A stretch of 64,000 bases of DNA from positions 144,770,001 through 144,834,000 of the forward strand of contig OX597818.1 in the NCBI GenBank assembly GCA_951406725.2, given 5' to 3'. Positions 37,101 to 50,300 of the stretch are shown here, piece after piece. Positions within the stretch are counted from its first letter, which is position 1. Each line of letters starts with the position of its first letter. The notes under the pieces are model-generated. The model made no database searches, was not told the origin of the DNA, and worked only from the letters and a program-made list of their open reading frames with translations. The DNA is from Octopus vulgaris (lineage: Eukaryota). The translations under genes were made by a program, and so were the position numbers.

Positions 37101-40100
37101 AGTAGAATTATCAGTGTATCAAATGGGATGCATTGTGTGTCTGTTCAGGTATTTGCATTTTGAGTTTTTGAGTGATAGTCTAAATTTATTGCTTGGTTTA
37201 ACACCCTAACCTGAGTCTTGGGTGCCTTTGATGGAGTTCATTTTGTTTCTAGTTTGAGGATAAGTTCCTCTCTTTCCACAAGTCACAAATGCCCTAAAGA
37301 AACAAGTCACGAGTGTTGCATTTCTCTCTTTATAAAACAAGACAAATCCAATACATTTTCTCCTGTCATGCAGTAATAATAATACCAATAATAATAACTA
37401 TTGTGATTATTTTGAAGATGAAAACCCAGCCCTTCAAAAAAAGGATAAAAGCTTAAGTAACTGACCTTTTGATAATTATACATACTTGATGCTTCTCTAG
37501 AAATGTTGTGAATCTCAGCTCGATAGGTAGGTAAAGGAAGAAGAATGGACTTCTCAACACCTGTTAAACATGGAGAGAAAGAAAATCCAGGATATAACAT
37601 TGTGCAGATCTTAATTTTAAAATAGAACTTGGGTACAAATGTGTTGAGAAAGCAGCTGAGTATCAAAGACATTGGATGAGGTCATGCATAAAAGGACTAT
37701 GCTAATATAAACAAGTAATGTGAATGGATGTAGATTTCTGGATGGAAGAAGATATGACTATGATAGCCAAAGAATACTTAGTGAAGAAATAGATCAGACT
37801 TGAAAATTTGGGGCCCCAAAAAAGAAGAAAAGTAGAAGTCAGATCAGTGCCTGAAAGAGGAATAAAACTCATGCTACATGTCATGTTAATTAATGTTTCA
37901 AAAACACTAATTTCTAAACCAACATTCCTAAATTATTTATGCTAGATGTTGACTAAAATGTATATTGTTATAGAGGAAGAGACACAAGAGGTTCTAAATG
38001 TATTGACAGTAAATGACACCTGATTAGAAATGGTCATCCCTCAGGTGTTAGATGCATATGTTCTTTCAAGAATTTACAATAAAAATGTTATTTCAGTGCA
38101 AAAGTTTATATATTACTATAAAGAATTAGTACAGTTATGTAAGCATGTATGTGTATCCTGATAAAATTGAGTTTCACAAGCTTCTTTTTAGACTTTTAAC
38201 CTTTACTTGTCCTACATTCAAGATGTTGCTGGATATATTTGCTTCAACTAAAACTATACAACCTATTGAATACATCAAAACTTGAAAATAATCCTAGAAA
38301 TTCAGGGTTTTCTCAATGCAGATGACCAACAGGTTTCTATTATTCATCCATTTAGCAAGCAATTGATTACTGATTAAACTCAGCCTTGATTAAGCGAATG
38401 TATGTTCAAAGGCAAGCCAGCTATGATAATCCTGATATTATATGTATCAGACACAATGTCCAATGAGTTCTTCCTTTTTTATGATAGTGTCATTTGAAGT
38501 AGATGTGACTGCTGTTTCTAGCCGATTGAGTAACTATGTAGAAGCTCCTTTGCTGAAAATCTAAACTTTATTAGTCGTCAGCTACACCAGGGTCCTCTCT
38601 GTAATGGTGAATATATTCCCACAAAAAAGTAACATTTCTCAATGAAAGAATATAATTCACTCAATTGATAAACAAGTAACAATATGTTTGGCAGTAATTT
38701 GTATCAATTGTGGAAAAAAGTGAGGTTAGTTCTTGATACGGATACTGTAATGTGTGTCTATGGTCAAGATACTTGACAGTCAATGGCTTAATCTGAATGT
38801 CTGGTGTATCTCTTTGTCATAAACAGTAGCTAATATCATCAAAGCTTTTGTCAGTTTGCAATACTAGATTCAAATTCTCTTAGGTTTTGTTGGTCCAATA
38901 AATCACTTCTGTACAACATACAATGTAACAATAGGTTGATGAGGGAGTTCTATGTGGATACTTGATACACTAGAAATAGCTACCAAGTCTCCCTGAAATC
39001 ATACCATACTGTCTTACATTGGACAATATGGTATTGAGTGCATAGTCCCTGCAAAAAGCTGGGATGGTCATTATTTGAGTATAGGTCTGCTCAATTAGGA
39101 CTGCATACAACAACAACGAAATGATTCAGAAATCAATGGCATGTTTAAACTATGTAGTTATTTGGAGAAAGAGGAAGAAAAAAAAAGAAGAAAAATAACC
39201 AAAAAAAAGAAAATAGAGAAGAAACGGTTTTACCTCTGACATATTCAAAGTACATGCTGAGTAAAGTTTTCATCCAGACCAATACCTGTAAAAAAGTAAT
39301 ATTTAGTTATGAAAAAAATCACATTTACTGTGTATGTTAATACAACAGTGCATTACAGGTATCTATACCTGTTTGATATTCTGATGTGTGTCTGGATGAT
39401 TTGAGAGTTCTTCTGTCAACTTGCAATACACATGATGACAAACACACATCATATCCTGTTATTTATAAGATATTGTTTCACCATTATGTCTTTCAAAGCT
39501 AATACTTCATGGGGTCACTGCCCCCCACAGAAATATCATGGCTATTGAAGGTTTATATATCTTTATTAGCTTCTAAAGTACAAGTAGCATCAAGAAAATT
39601 CATCGAGGATTCATTCTCAGCCAGAGTCTCTTACTCAAAGAAGACTTGGAGACACCAATGTCAATCATTTAAAATTGCTCACTGTAACTGAGTGATACTT
39701 TATCTGAAGAATTACATGTGATGAAAGTATGTTTCTATAGAAATATAATGTTAAAAGCACTTTAGATTGGATAAGCATTTTGTGTAAAGAAACTAATTTG
39801 TAAAAAGAGAATAATGATAAGAGAATATAAGATAAGAGGGATTAGAGGATGTCTGTATCTGCTTGTGATGATCCTGGCACCTAAAACAATTAGTGAAAGC
39901 AAACCATATTTAATTCTGAGTGATGATATCCATTGTGCATTTTGATTTAGTATGTTTGTTTGTTTTCATGATTGTTTTTCTATGCTAGCATGGGTTGGGT
40001 AGATATGTTATCCAGGCATTGTTTTACAGTCATTTGCCATTCCTGATGCTAACTCTTCCTTGGTTTTTAAGCAAGAGATCTCGTACTCTACACAGCTTCA

Positions 40101-43100
40101 AATGCACAAAACAAGCAGTCAGACAATTGACTGAAGTACCAAGAAGACTGCTTAAACAGCAGGACTTTTGTACAGTCAGGTGCAGATGTAAAGACACAGA
40201 CACATACAAGTGAATGCAAGCATACACACACACACAGACACACACACACACAGACACACACACACACAACTGGTTTCCTTTCAGTTTCTGTCCATCAAAT
40301 CCACATCCAAGGTTTTGGTTGGCCTAAGCATACTAGAAGACACTTACCTCAGATGCCGTGCAGTAAGACTGAACTTGAGGCCATGTGGTTGGCAAAATAA
40401 CTTTTTAACCACACGGCTATACTAGCATCAACATAGTCATGTGTTTTAGGTACTTATAACAGAGAAGTAACAGTGGGGAATTTTATAGTTTGGGTACATA
40501 CAACAGGAATGCTGTGGTTACAGTCCTGAATTAAAAGATAGTTACAAAAGCTAAGTTACGGTTGTATTCTCATAAGAAAGAGAGTTTAGCTAAGATACAT
40601 GCATATAGGAAGCAATTGTAAGCAATGACTTCATTCTTACCTCATTCCACGTGTAGTCAAACATTGCACTGGCAATATTTTCTCGAACACAAGCTAGAGG
40701 TGTAATGGGAGGGTAACCAGTTCGATAACAGTGGCTTGATTTTGGGCAGTGTCTCTGTCCATCAGGAAGAGTGTCTATTCTGAATTGGGAAGAAAAAAAA
40801 CAGAGTGAAGTGAAAATTCTTATACATTTATAGATTAAGGTACAGTACAGCAAACCCAATTATTATTCTTTTTAGTCTTTAGTCTTTTCAGTCATTTTGT
40901 CTGATGCTCAACTGATTCCATCAATCTTTACTCTTCCCTAATCATAATAATAATAGTTCTTTCTGTTATAGGTTCAAGGCGGGAAAATTATGACCACTAA
41001 ATCCATTCCGATCGACCCCACAGGCCGACATAAGTCCGATGGCTATGAAACCACTCTTTCGAAATCCTCCAACGAAGAATCGAATACCGCAGCTCATAGT
41101 AGAGAACTTTTTGCCCACTCAAGATCGGCAATAATATATGGCAAAGCGGAATCCACCTGTGATACAGGCATAAACCACCTAAAAGATGACATTAATTTTG
41201 TTTCCATTTTGGTTGGAAAATTGTTCTCTGTGAACGAAAATGTCAGTGTTCTTAAGGTCGCTCGGCTAGGAAGATTCCAAGCGAACCCAACCGCAGATAC
41301 TAGACCACGCCCAATAAGGGTAATCTTTTCTTCTGATTGGGAGGCTTCAGTCTTTCTGAACAGAGCTCAGACGCATGCCTGGGAGGACCCCAATATGGGT
41401 TTTCGCGAGGAATACTCACTAAGAGAGAGAATTCGCCGGAGGAACCTGATATCCGAGCTAAAGATGAGGAAACAAATGGGAGAGAAGGGTTTACGAATCC
41501 AAGATGGACAGATAATCAAGTCCTACCTCTGGTCCCATGCTGTAGTGCTGACAGGGAAAGTGATGTGAGGGCAAATCGAAGTGAAGTTGATACCCCCGTC
41601 AACGATGCTATCTCTGATGCCCTTTATTCTGCTTGTTCCCCAACTCCCGCCCCTCAGACTTCACAGCTCAGCATCGTCTACACCAACTCGTGCTCCTTAT
41701 TCCCAAAGTTCAGTGAACTATTTACACTGGCCCTACGCGACTCCCCTGATGTGATAGCTATCACCGAGACTTGGCTGACTCCAGCAGTAAAGGACTCAGA
41801 GATCCACCTGCAGGGCTACGTCCTTTTCAGATGTGACAGAGGAAAAAGGCGAGGTGGAGGTGTTGCTGTGTATGTTAAGTCTGAGCACAAACTGTCCTGC
41901 GGTATTCTACCCACAAATGCTCAACCTACAACCAAATTCGATGCCGTCTATTGCAAGCTGAGCCTATCTGAGTTTTGCCTGCCCGTGTTGGCGGTCTACA
42001 GGCCGCCTCTAGCCGACCCCCAGGACGATGCTCATCTACTCGAGGCGATAAGATTCGTTTCAGCTTCGCATGACTGCTTGGTACTAGGCGACTTCAACGC
42101 TCCCATGATCGATTGGCCCGCATCAATTTGTACAACATCTTCCCGGTTCGGCCAGGCCCTTCTTGACGTGGCTGAAGATTGTTTTCTATCGCAACATGTT
42201 GAATATCCGACAAGGCATCGGTCTGGGCAGCAGCCATCTATGCTAGATCTGGTATTCTCCCGCTATCCAAGATCAGTGTCAGACGTATCTGTGTGCGCCC
42301 CTCTTGCCAAGAGTGATCATGCGGTCCTGAAGTTCGTCATGCACACAACTTTTTCCACGCCCACGATTACTTCGCTGCCACGTAGAGTCTTCTCTGCAAT
42401 TAATCTTGAAATTCTAACCGAGGCTTCCGCGCTTCTGGACTGGCATTCCCTGATGACGTTGTCCTCAGTTGACGAACTATGGTCATCCCTCAAAGCATAT
42501 GTAATCTGTTTGACTGACCAGGCAGTTCCCGTTGGACTTCCCAAGAGGAAGAAACACAAGCCCTGGGTGACGAAGAAGGTTAAACGAGAACGTCGACTCA
42601 GAGATATTGCTTGGGCTGAATTCAAAAATCTGGATTCGACTGCAGCTTTTGAGGTGTACAAAACTCAACGAGACCGAGTCGTGAAAATTGAAAAGAAAGA
42701 ACGCTTCAGTTATGAATACAAAATCGTGGCAAATGCCAGTAGCAATCCAAAAACCTTCTTTGCCCATGTCCAGCGGAATTCCCGCTTGAACAACCAGATT
42801 GTAACATTGGTAGACTCAACAGGCGTATCGATTGAGGACCCTTATCAACAGAGTCAATTATTTGCCGAGGCTTTTTCAACTATTTTCAAACAAGATGATG
42901 GTCGTGAACCCCCTCCATTTGATAGATCGGTACCTCCAATGCTTCGATTGATCATCACGCGGGACCAAGTCAAACGTGTTATTCAAGGCCTCGATGTCAA
43001 CAAGGGTCACGGCCCTGACGGCATACACCCACGGGTTATCAAAGCGTTGGCTCTGGTCATCTGCGAGCCCTTAACACGACTATTCAATATGTCATTGGCG

Positions 43101-44948
43101 ACGGGTGTTATACCTGCAGACTGGAGAACAGCGATAATCTGCCCAATTTTCAAGAAAGGGAGCCGCGAAGACCCGCTTAACTACCGACCGGTTTCCCTTA
43201 CATCAATAATCAGCAAGATGTTCGAAACCATCCTTAAGAAAAGTATGATGCTCCACCTCCTAAGCACAGCCTCGATCACTGATTCCCAACACGGCTTCGT
43301 GCCGAAGAGATCATGCTTGACCAACTTACTAGTAATGGAAGAATTGGTGACGCGCATCCTCGATGATAGTGATGCTGTTGACATCGTTTTATTGGACTTT
43401 GCCAAAGCTTTTGACTCGGTAAACCACCGCCTACTACTTGTCAAGCTTCAAGCATATAGTTTCCATCCGGATATTGTACGATGGGTTGGTGCCTTCCTCT
43501 CAGATCGCTCCTTCCAAGTTCAAGTTAATGGTTCGCGGTCCGACGTCTCCAGTGCGAGCAGTGGCGTGCCTCACGGTTCAGTGCTTGGGCCCTTGTTGTT
43601 CTTAGTCTTCATAAATGACTTGCCCGACGACCTCACGCAACACACCCTTCTATTTGCCGACGATATCAAACTGGTCGCTCCTCGCGGTAGTATAGAGGAT
43701 CTTCGTCGATGCCTCCACCAAATTTGGAAGTGGTCTAACGATTGGGACCTGTGTCCGAACGTGTCAAAGTGCTGTCATCTGCCTGTCGGCTCTACTCCTA
43801 CAACTCAACTTGATTTCGAGCCGGGTCGTCTGCTGCTGGAGAGGACCGATCAGGTAAAGGACCTGGGTATCTTGGTGGATTCCTCCTTTTCGCCTTCGGC
43901 CCAGTGCGTCCATGCTGCCAACAAAGCGCGCGGAATTCTGTTTTTGATTCGACGGTCATTCGGAGTGCTCACAGCAGCCATATTCCTGCCACTCTATGTC
44001 ACGCTGGTGAGACCCATATTGGAGTATGGGATTCAAGCCTCTTCTCCTTATCTCCTCAAAGACATACAGCACCTCGAAAGAGTCCAGAGGCTGGCTACCC
44101 GCCTGGTTCATGGTCTCAAAAATTTGTCCTACGAAGAAAGGCTGAGGACGCTCGACCTTTATTCTCTTGAAAAACGCCGCCGCCGTGGTGATCTCATTCT
44201 CGCCCACAACATCATAAGCGGGAAGTGTAACCTCTCGAAAGAGCTGTTCTTCACTCCTGCTCCGGAGCGTCGGCTGCGGGGTCATTCCGAAAAGCTCTAC
44301 CTGCGACGATTTCATCTCAATTGAAGGAGAGGAGCTTTCTCCGTCCGGGTTGCGGATCCGTGGAACAAGCTGCCAGATGAGATGGTGAAGATGCCGACGA
44401 CCGCTTTGTTCAAAGCCTCCCTGGACCTCAAGTGGCCTGAACTCTTTACATGAACACCACCCTGTACTTAACTCCATGTCCCCCTACATGGCCTTGCTAT
44501 TTGCTTTTGAGCCAAATTAACTAACTAACTAACTAACTAAATGCTGGTCAATTATATCAACCCCAGTATTCGACTGGTACTTAATTTATCAACCCCCAAA
44601 GGATGAAAGGCAAAGTTGACCTTGGCAGCATTTGAACTCAGAATATACAGCCAGAAGAAATGCCCCTAACCTATTGATTCTACAAGCTTGCCACAACAAC
44701 AGCAACAGTAATAATTATTACTACTCTAGGCACAAGGCCATGAAAATTTTGGAGGAAGGGGGCTAGTTGATTACATTGACCCCAGTGCATAACTGGTACT
44801 TATTTCATTGACCCCCGAAAGGATGAAAGGTGAAGTCAACCTCAGGGGAATTTGAACTCAGAGTGTAGTGGCAGATGAAATACCGCTAAACATTTCACCT
44901 GTCGTGCTAACAATTCTGCCAGCTTGCCACCTTAACAGCAACAGTAGT

Positions 44949-45002
<54 letters not shown>

Positions 45003-47283
45003 TGTCTTAGTATAAAAGATGGGCTATAACAAATATTCTGCTCAATACCACAGATTTGCTTGTCAGTTGTTTGACCTTAACCAGTTGAGCATGTCTCTTA
45101 GTGGCTGACGATATGTGCATCTCTGATCACGAGCAGAAGTAGTGGGGGAGCATCATAGCCAAGTGTTGAGAGGAATTCTTTGGGATTTGGATAATTCACA
45201 TTTGGAAACGTGGGTGTTTCATTCAACATCCTTAAACAACCCTTATTCAAGGACCTTTTGAGCAGGATGGGCTACTCGACATGATGAAAAAGAATTTTCT
45301 CATTCTGGCCCTACGTGCAAAGTCATGTGCTGTTTATCTTGATATGAGACCACCATGTCACACACGTATGGTTGTGATGCATATGCCTGGTGTACACTTA
45401 TCAGGTGAGTAATCATGATGGATATACTGGGCTTTGTATATTTTAACCCGGTGTCACTTTGATGGTACGCACTGCTCTCTCACTAAAAATAATGGTTTTA
45501 TTTTTGGCACAAGGCCAGTAGTTTCGGGGGAAGGGGTAAGCCAATTACATAGATCCCAGTATTCAACTGGTACTTATTTTATCAATCTTGATAGGACAAG
45601 AGGCAAAGTCAGCCATGGAGGAATCTGAACTCAAAACATAAAGATGAATGAAATGCCACTAAATATTTGCCTCCTCCTCCTCCTCCTCATCATCATCATT
45701 TAACGTCTGCTTTCCATGCTGGCATGGGTTGGACGGTTTGACTGAAGACTGGTGAACCAGATGGCTGCACCAGACTCCAATCTGATCTGGCAGAGTTTCT
45801 ACAGCTGGATGCCCTTCCTAATGCCAACCACTCTGAGAGTGTAGTGGGTGCTTTTACGTGCCACCGGCACGAGGGCCAGTTAGGTGTTACTGGCAACGGC
45901 CATACTCAAATGGTGCTTTTTATGTGCCACCTGCACAGGAGCCAGTCCAGCGGCACTGGCAACGACCTCGCTTGAATGTTTTTTTTTCACGTGCCACCAG
46001 CACAAGTGCCAGTAAGGCGACGCAGGTAACCTGTGATTCTGTCAACTCACTGCCTCAATAATAACGATGATGATGATGATAATAAATAATTAAAAGGGTA
46101 CCAGACTCAAAAAGGGTTTACATACTTAATGAGTAACAACTATTCAAGGACACATAGTATTTGATAGATAACTATCTTATTGATGATGATGATGATGATG
46201 ATGATGGGGATGACAGTATTACACCAACCTCTCTGGGTAGTCTATTGCAATGATCTCCTCAACATTTCCATCTTTTTCAATTATTTCCTCAAAAGCATCA
46301 GTTTGGTCCGATTGTGAGCTGCTCGTTTCCCTTGGCGACCCACTGTATGTCTGAGACTGTGATTTGAGGCGTTCTGCAGATTTACCAGTGATATTCAACC
46401 TTTGGATTAAACAGAGAAGAAATTAATAGTTGACATAGAAGGAATGTAACCCCTGGTTAGTGCCCTGACTGATCATATCTATGACCACAAAAATTCCAGC
46501 CATGAGCTGGGGATTTTTCTAGGGGATTGTATATCTAGAACTAAGTTATCCGATGCATTACCGCACTTTCAAATTGTTAGCATGTAATCTGATCAAGATT
46601 TGGTTACTATTTCTAGCAGGTTGAACAACCACATAAATGCACCATCAGCATTTTGTTGAAGTCAGAGTTGTAGCAGTTCTGTTACATACCTTGCTTTCAA
46701 TTGCAGTCATTCCCACACAGGTAATCGTCATTGGGTGGATATCTTACTTGAAGTAAGGGAGTCAACAATAAAATGTATTCGGTATATTGTATAGTAGCTC
46801 AGACTACAAAGAACCACTAATAAAGTATATAATAAACTCCCCGACTGACACTGTTCTCAACTAAGGGCTGCGCATCAGCTGTGTTGGCGCCCATCAAGAT
46901 GCTCAACATGCAGGCGCATGGCATAGTGGTTAGGCTAATCACTTACATCAACCTCAGTGCGCAACTGGTACTTATTTCATTGATCCTGAAAGGATGAAAG
47001 GTAAAGCTGACCATGGCGGAATTTGAAGTCAAAATGTGAAGATGGACAAAGTGCCACAAGGCATTTCATAATCCTTTCTTATTTTGGCATACAGCCAACA
47101 AATTTGAGGCATGGTGAAGTCAATTACATTGACCCCAGTGCGCAACTGGTACTTTTTTCATCAACTCCAAAAGAATGAAAGGCAAAGTGAACTGTGGTAG
47201 AATTTGAACTCAGAACAAAAAGATGGATGAAAACCCACTAAACATCTTGTCCAGTGTGTTAATGATTTTGCCAGATCACTGTC

Positions 47284-47350
<67 letters not shown>

Positions 47351-50300
47351 TAATAATAATAATGGTTTCAACTTTTGCTACAAGGGCATCAATTTTGGGA
47401 GAGGGGATGAGTCGATTACATTGGCCCCATTGTTCAACAGGTATTTATTTTATTGACCCTGAAAGGATGAAAGGCAAAGTTGACCCTCAGCGGAATTTGA
47501 ACTCAGAATGTCAAGGTGAACGAAATGCCGCTAAGCATTTCACCTGGCATGCTAACGATTATGCCAGCTCGCTGCCTTCTCAGTAATAATAAAGTATAAA
47601 ATCATAAAGTTTATAAAGGACAGGAATTTTAAATTTGTTAGTTAAAGGTGATGTTATTACTGAAGATGATGAGAAGGAGGAGAAGGAGGATGAGGACCTT
47701 TGTTGGTTCTCACATACTGGTGACATTAATGTGGTGACATTGACCTACACTTATACCTTCATAGGTCAAAGTCTGCAACAAAAATATCATAGGGGATGAA
47801 ATTCCAGAGGGATTCTGTTGTGAGGGAGAAGAATGATTAGGAAAAGAGATCAGTGCAAACAAAGTAGGAGTGTTGTATAATCAAGACACAGAGGTGTTGG
47901 ATGATAGTTGGTCTGGGTGGATGAGGTATACAGCTAATTGGTTCAGTGAAGTCAAAGTAGCAGCAGAAAAGGTACAGAGATGAAAAGGTGTTAGTGAATG
48001 TGTCTTTGCTTCTCAGCCAGATGGTTTTCTTTTTGAGTTTGGCATAGCAGCATTAGTGAGCCATAAATGTGAGAAGTGCTTGCACTGTGGGTCTTAATGA
48101 ACCATAAATGCAAGCTGTATCCATTTATTTAGAACTGTGAGTGTGAAGAGATCCAGCTAAATACCACAAAACATTTGCTCTCTGCTCTACCTATTATTCT
48201 CATCCAATACTCCACAACTATAAGGCATTTTGTCTAGTGCTTTTGATTTTGCCAATCTCCCACTCTCATAGTAATAATAACAATTATTTCTAAGAAAAAA
48301 AACAAGGACACAAATTTATGGAAAAGGGTTAGTCAATTAAATTGACAACAGTTTTTGACTGGTGATTCATTTAATCAATCCTCTCTCTTAATCCTTTTTG
48401 CCCCTTGTAGAGCATAGGACCTCAACAGTTGTTTTCCACTTTTTGTGGTCATTGGCATCTAGGAGAGATGAAAGACAAGTCAAATCTGGAAGGCTTTGAA
48501 TTCAGAGCAAAAAAGCTGGAACAAATATTGCAAGGCAGGCTGTGCAGCATGGATATGATTATAATATAACAATTGCTTCTAATTTAAGCACAAGGCCACG
48601 AGTTTTGAGGGTATAGAGTTAGTCAGTAACATTGATTCTCAGTACTCAATCAGTACTTAATTTCATTGATCCTAAGCATGAAAGGTAAAGTTGATCTCAG
48701 CAGGATCTGAACTCAAAATGTAAAAAAAAACAAAAACAAACAAATACAACAAAATATTTATTCCAATGCATAAACAAGTCTGTCACCTGGCTGTTCTATC
48801 AACTGACTATCACTAATCTCTGTAAACAACAATAATTCTAATGATTTCTAAATTAAAAAATGATGACATAATGATGTAAATATAAAAGTCAACTTACAAC
48901 TGAAGATCTGAGTCAAGAGGTGTGAAACTATTGGAAAAAGACAGGTCATCTTCAATGAGATGGGCAGAAGATGTTGCATGGTAAGGCAGGCGTGGTACTG
49001 CATCATATCCCTGCTCCTCTGATGGAAATATTTGTTGACCAAGTACTCTGAAAAATGAAAAATGCACATGTCAGAAGAAATAACACACACACACACACAC
49101 ACATACATACAGCCAGACGCACTGGTGGCATGTAAAATGCATTATATGAATGTGGTCAATGCCAGTGGCACCTGATTGGTCTCATATCAGTGGCACGTAA
49201 AAAGTACCATTCGAGTGTGGTTGTTGCTAGTGCCACCTGACTGGCTCCCACACCAGTGGCATGCAAAAAGCACCATTCAATCCAGTACCACTGAACTGGT
49301 CCTCATGCTAGTGGCATGTAAAAAGCACCCACTACACTCTAGGAATGGTTGGCATTAGGAAGGGCATCCAGCTGTAGAAACTTTGCCAGATCAGATTGCC
49401 AGACCTCAGTTAAACCATCCAACCCTTACCAGCATGGAAAGTGGACGTTAAACAATGATGATCACCATCATCATTTAACATCCACCTTCCATGCTGGCTT
49501 GAGTGGGACAGTTTGACAAGAGCCAGCCAGACAGAAGCCTGCACTAGACTTCTGTAACTGTTTTGGCAGGATTTTTACAGCTAGATACCTTCCTAACACC
49601 AACCAGTGCAGGAGAAGGAGTATATTAGGTGTGTTTTATCATGGCATGGATATTACTGAAGTTGCCTTGTGCCCAGCAAGGCCAAAGAGTCCTCCAAACT
49701 AGAGACAACTCTATGATGTCTCAATATTCATCTGAGGCATCATGACCAAGAAAGTGAATAGATGAGGGATGACATCAGAAGGGAGTAAGAACATGATGGG
49801 GGAAATGGTTAGGGTGAGAAGGTGGTAGAGAGAGGAGTAATGGTAGAGATAGTGATACAGTGAGATGTACAGAGTGAGGTACGATGGACAGGAAAGATGA
49901 TGAGTAGGATGAAGGTGAGTAAGGAAAGGGTGAATGATAGATTAGTGATGGAGAGATGAGAGGGCATCGGAGAGAAAGGAAGGAAGGAGATGGAGGCTTC
50001 CTAGGGATATTAATCCTCCATCTAATATAGAAATGGAGATATTACACATCATATGCTCATATCACTGCAGCCTTCTCTCTTGTACACAACAGCTGATTCT
50101 TCTGATGTCTCAATTTACTCTCAGCTCAACTGTGCCATGTCGTTCATGTGCACTAACTTTACACATTCTGCAGAACATGTTTGCTTCATTTCTTTCTAGT
50201 CTTCACAAACCCTTTGGCAAAGATGAGGGGTTAGTTTCCCTCTGTCTGATAGCTACTGTATGGTGGTTGCTGTTGAAAGCTTTGTGGATAGAGCTTTGAC

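Larger units (their letters stand above)
40981..44540 (+). mobile_element. Near-intact CR1-type LINE, probably 5'-truncated, antisense within FAM149 intron 6, with an (AACT)n tail
   Basis: Two overlapping ORFs; clearly more GC- and CpG-rich than the flanks; short 3' UTR ending in (AACT)n at 44519-44540; inserted inside a family B SINE. Confidence 0.95.

Noticed and set aside
44322-44324. TGA in LINE ORF2 as selenocysteine or programmed readthrough
   Set aside because: The position corresponds to a basic Arg-rich motif, CGA-to-TGA decay explains it simply, and I see no SECIS-like hairpin in the short 3' UTR.
42317-44477. Antisense ORFs within the LINE (87-173 aa)
   Set aside because: They are shadow ORFs of a GC-rich coding strand with no recognisable motifs.
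46690-46803. Possible extra FAM149 exon with a strong AAG|GTATGT donor
   Set aside because: A stop codon lies in the required phase, and exons 5 and 6 already join in frame.
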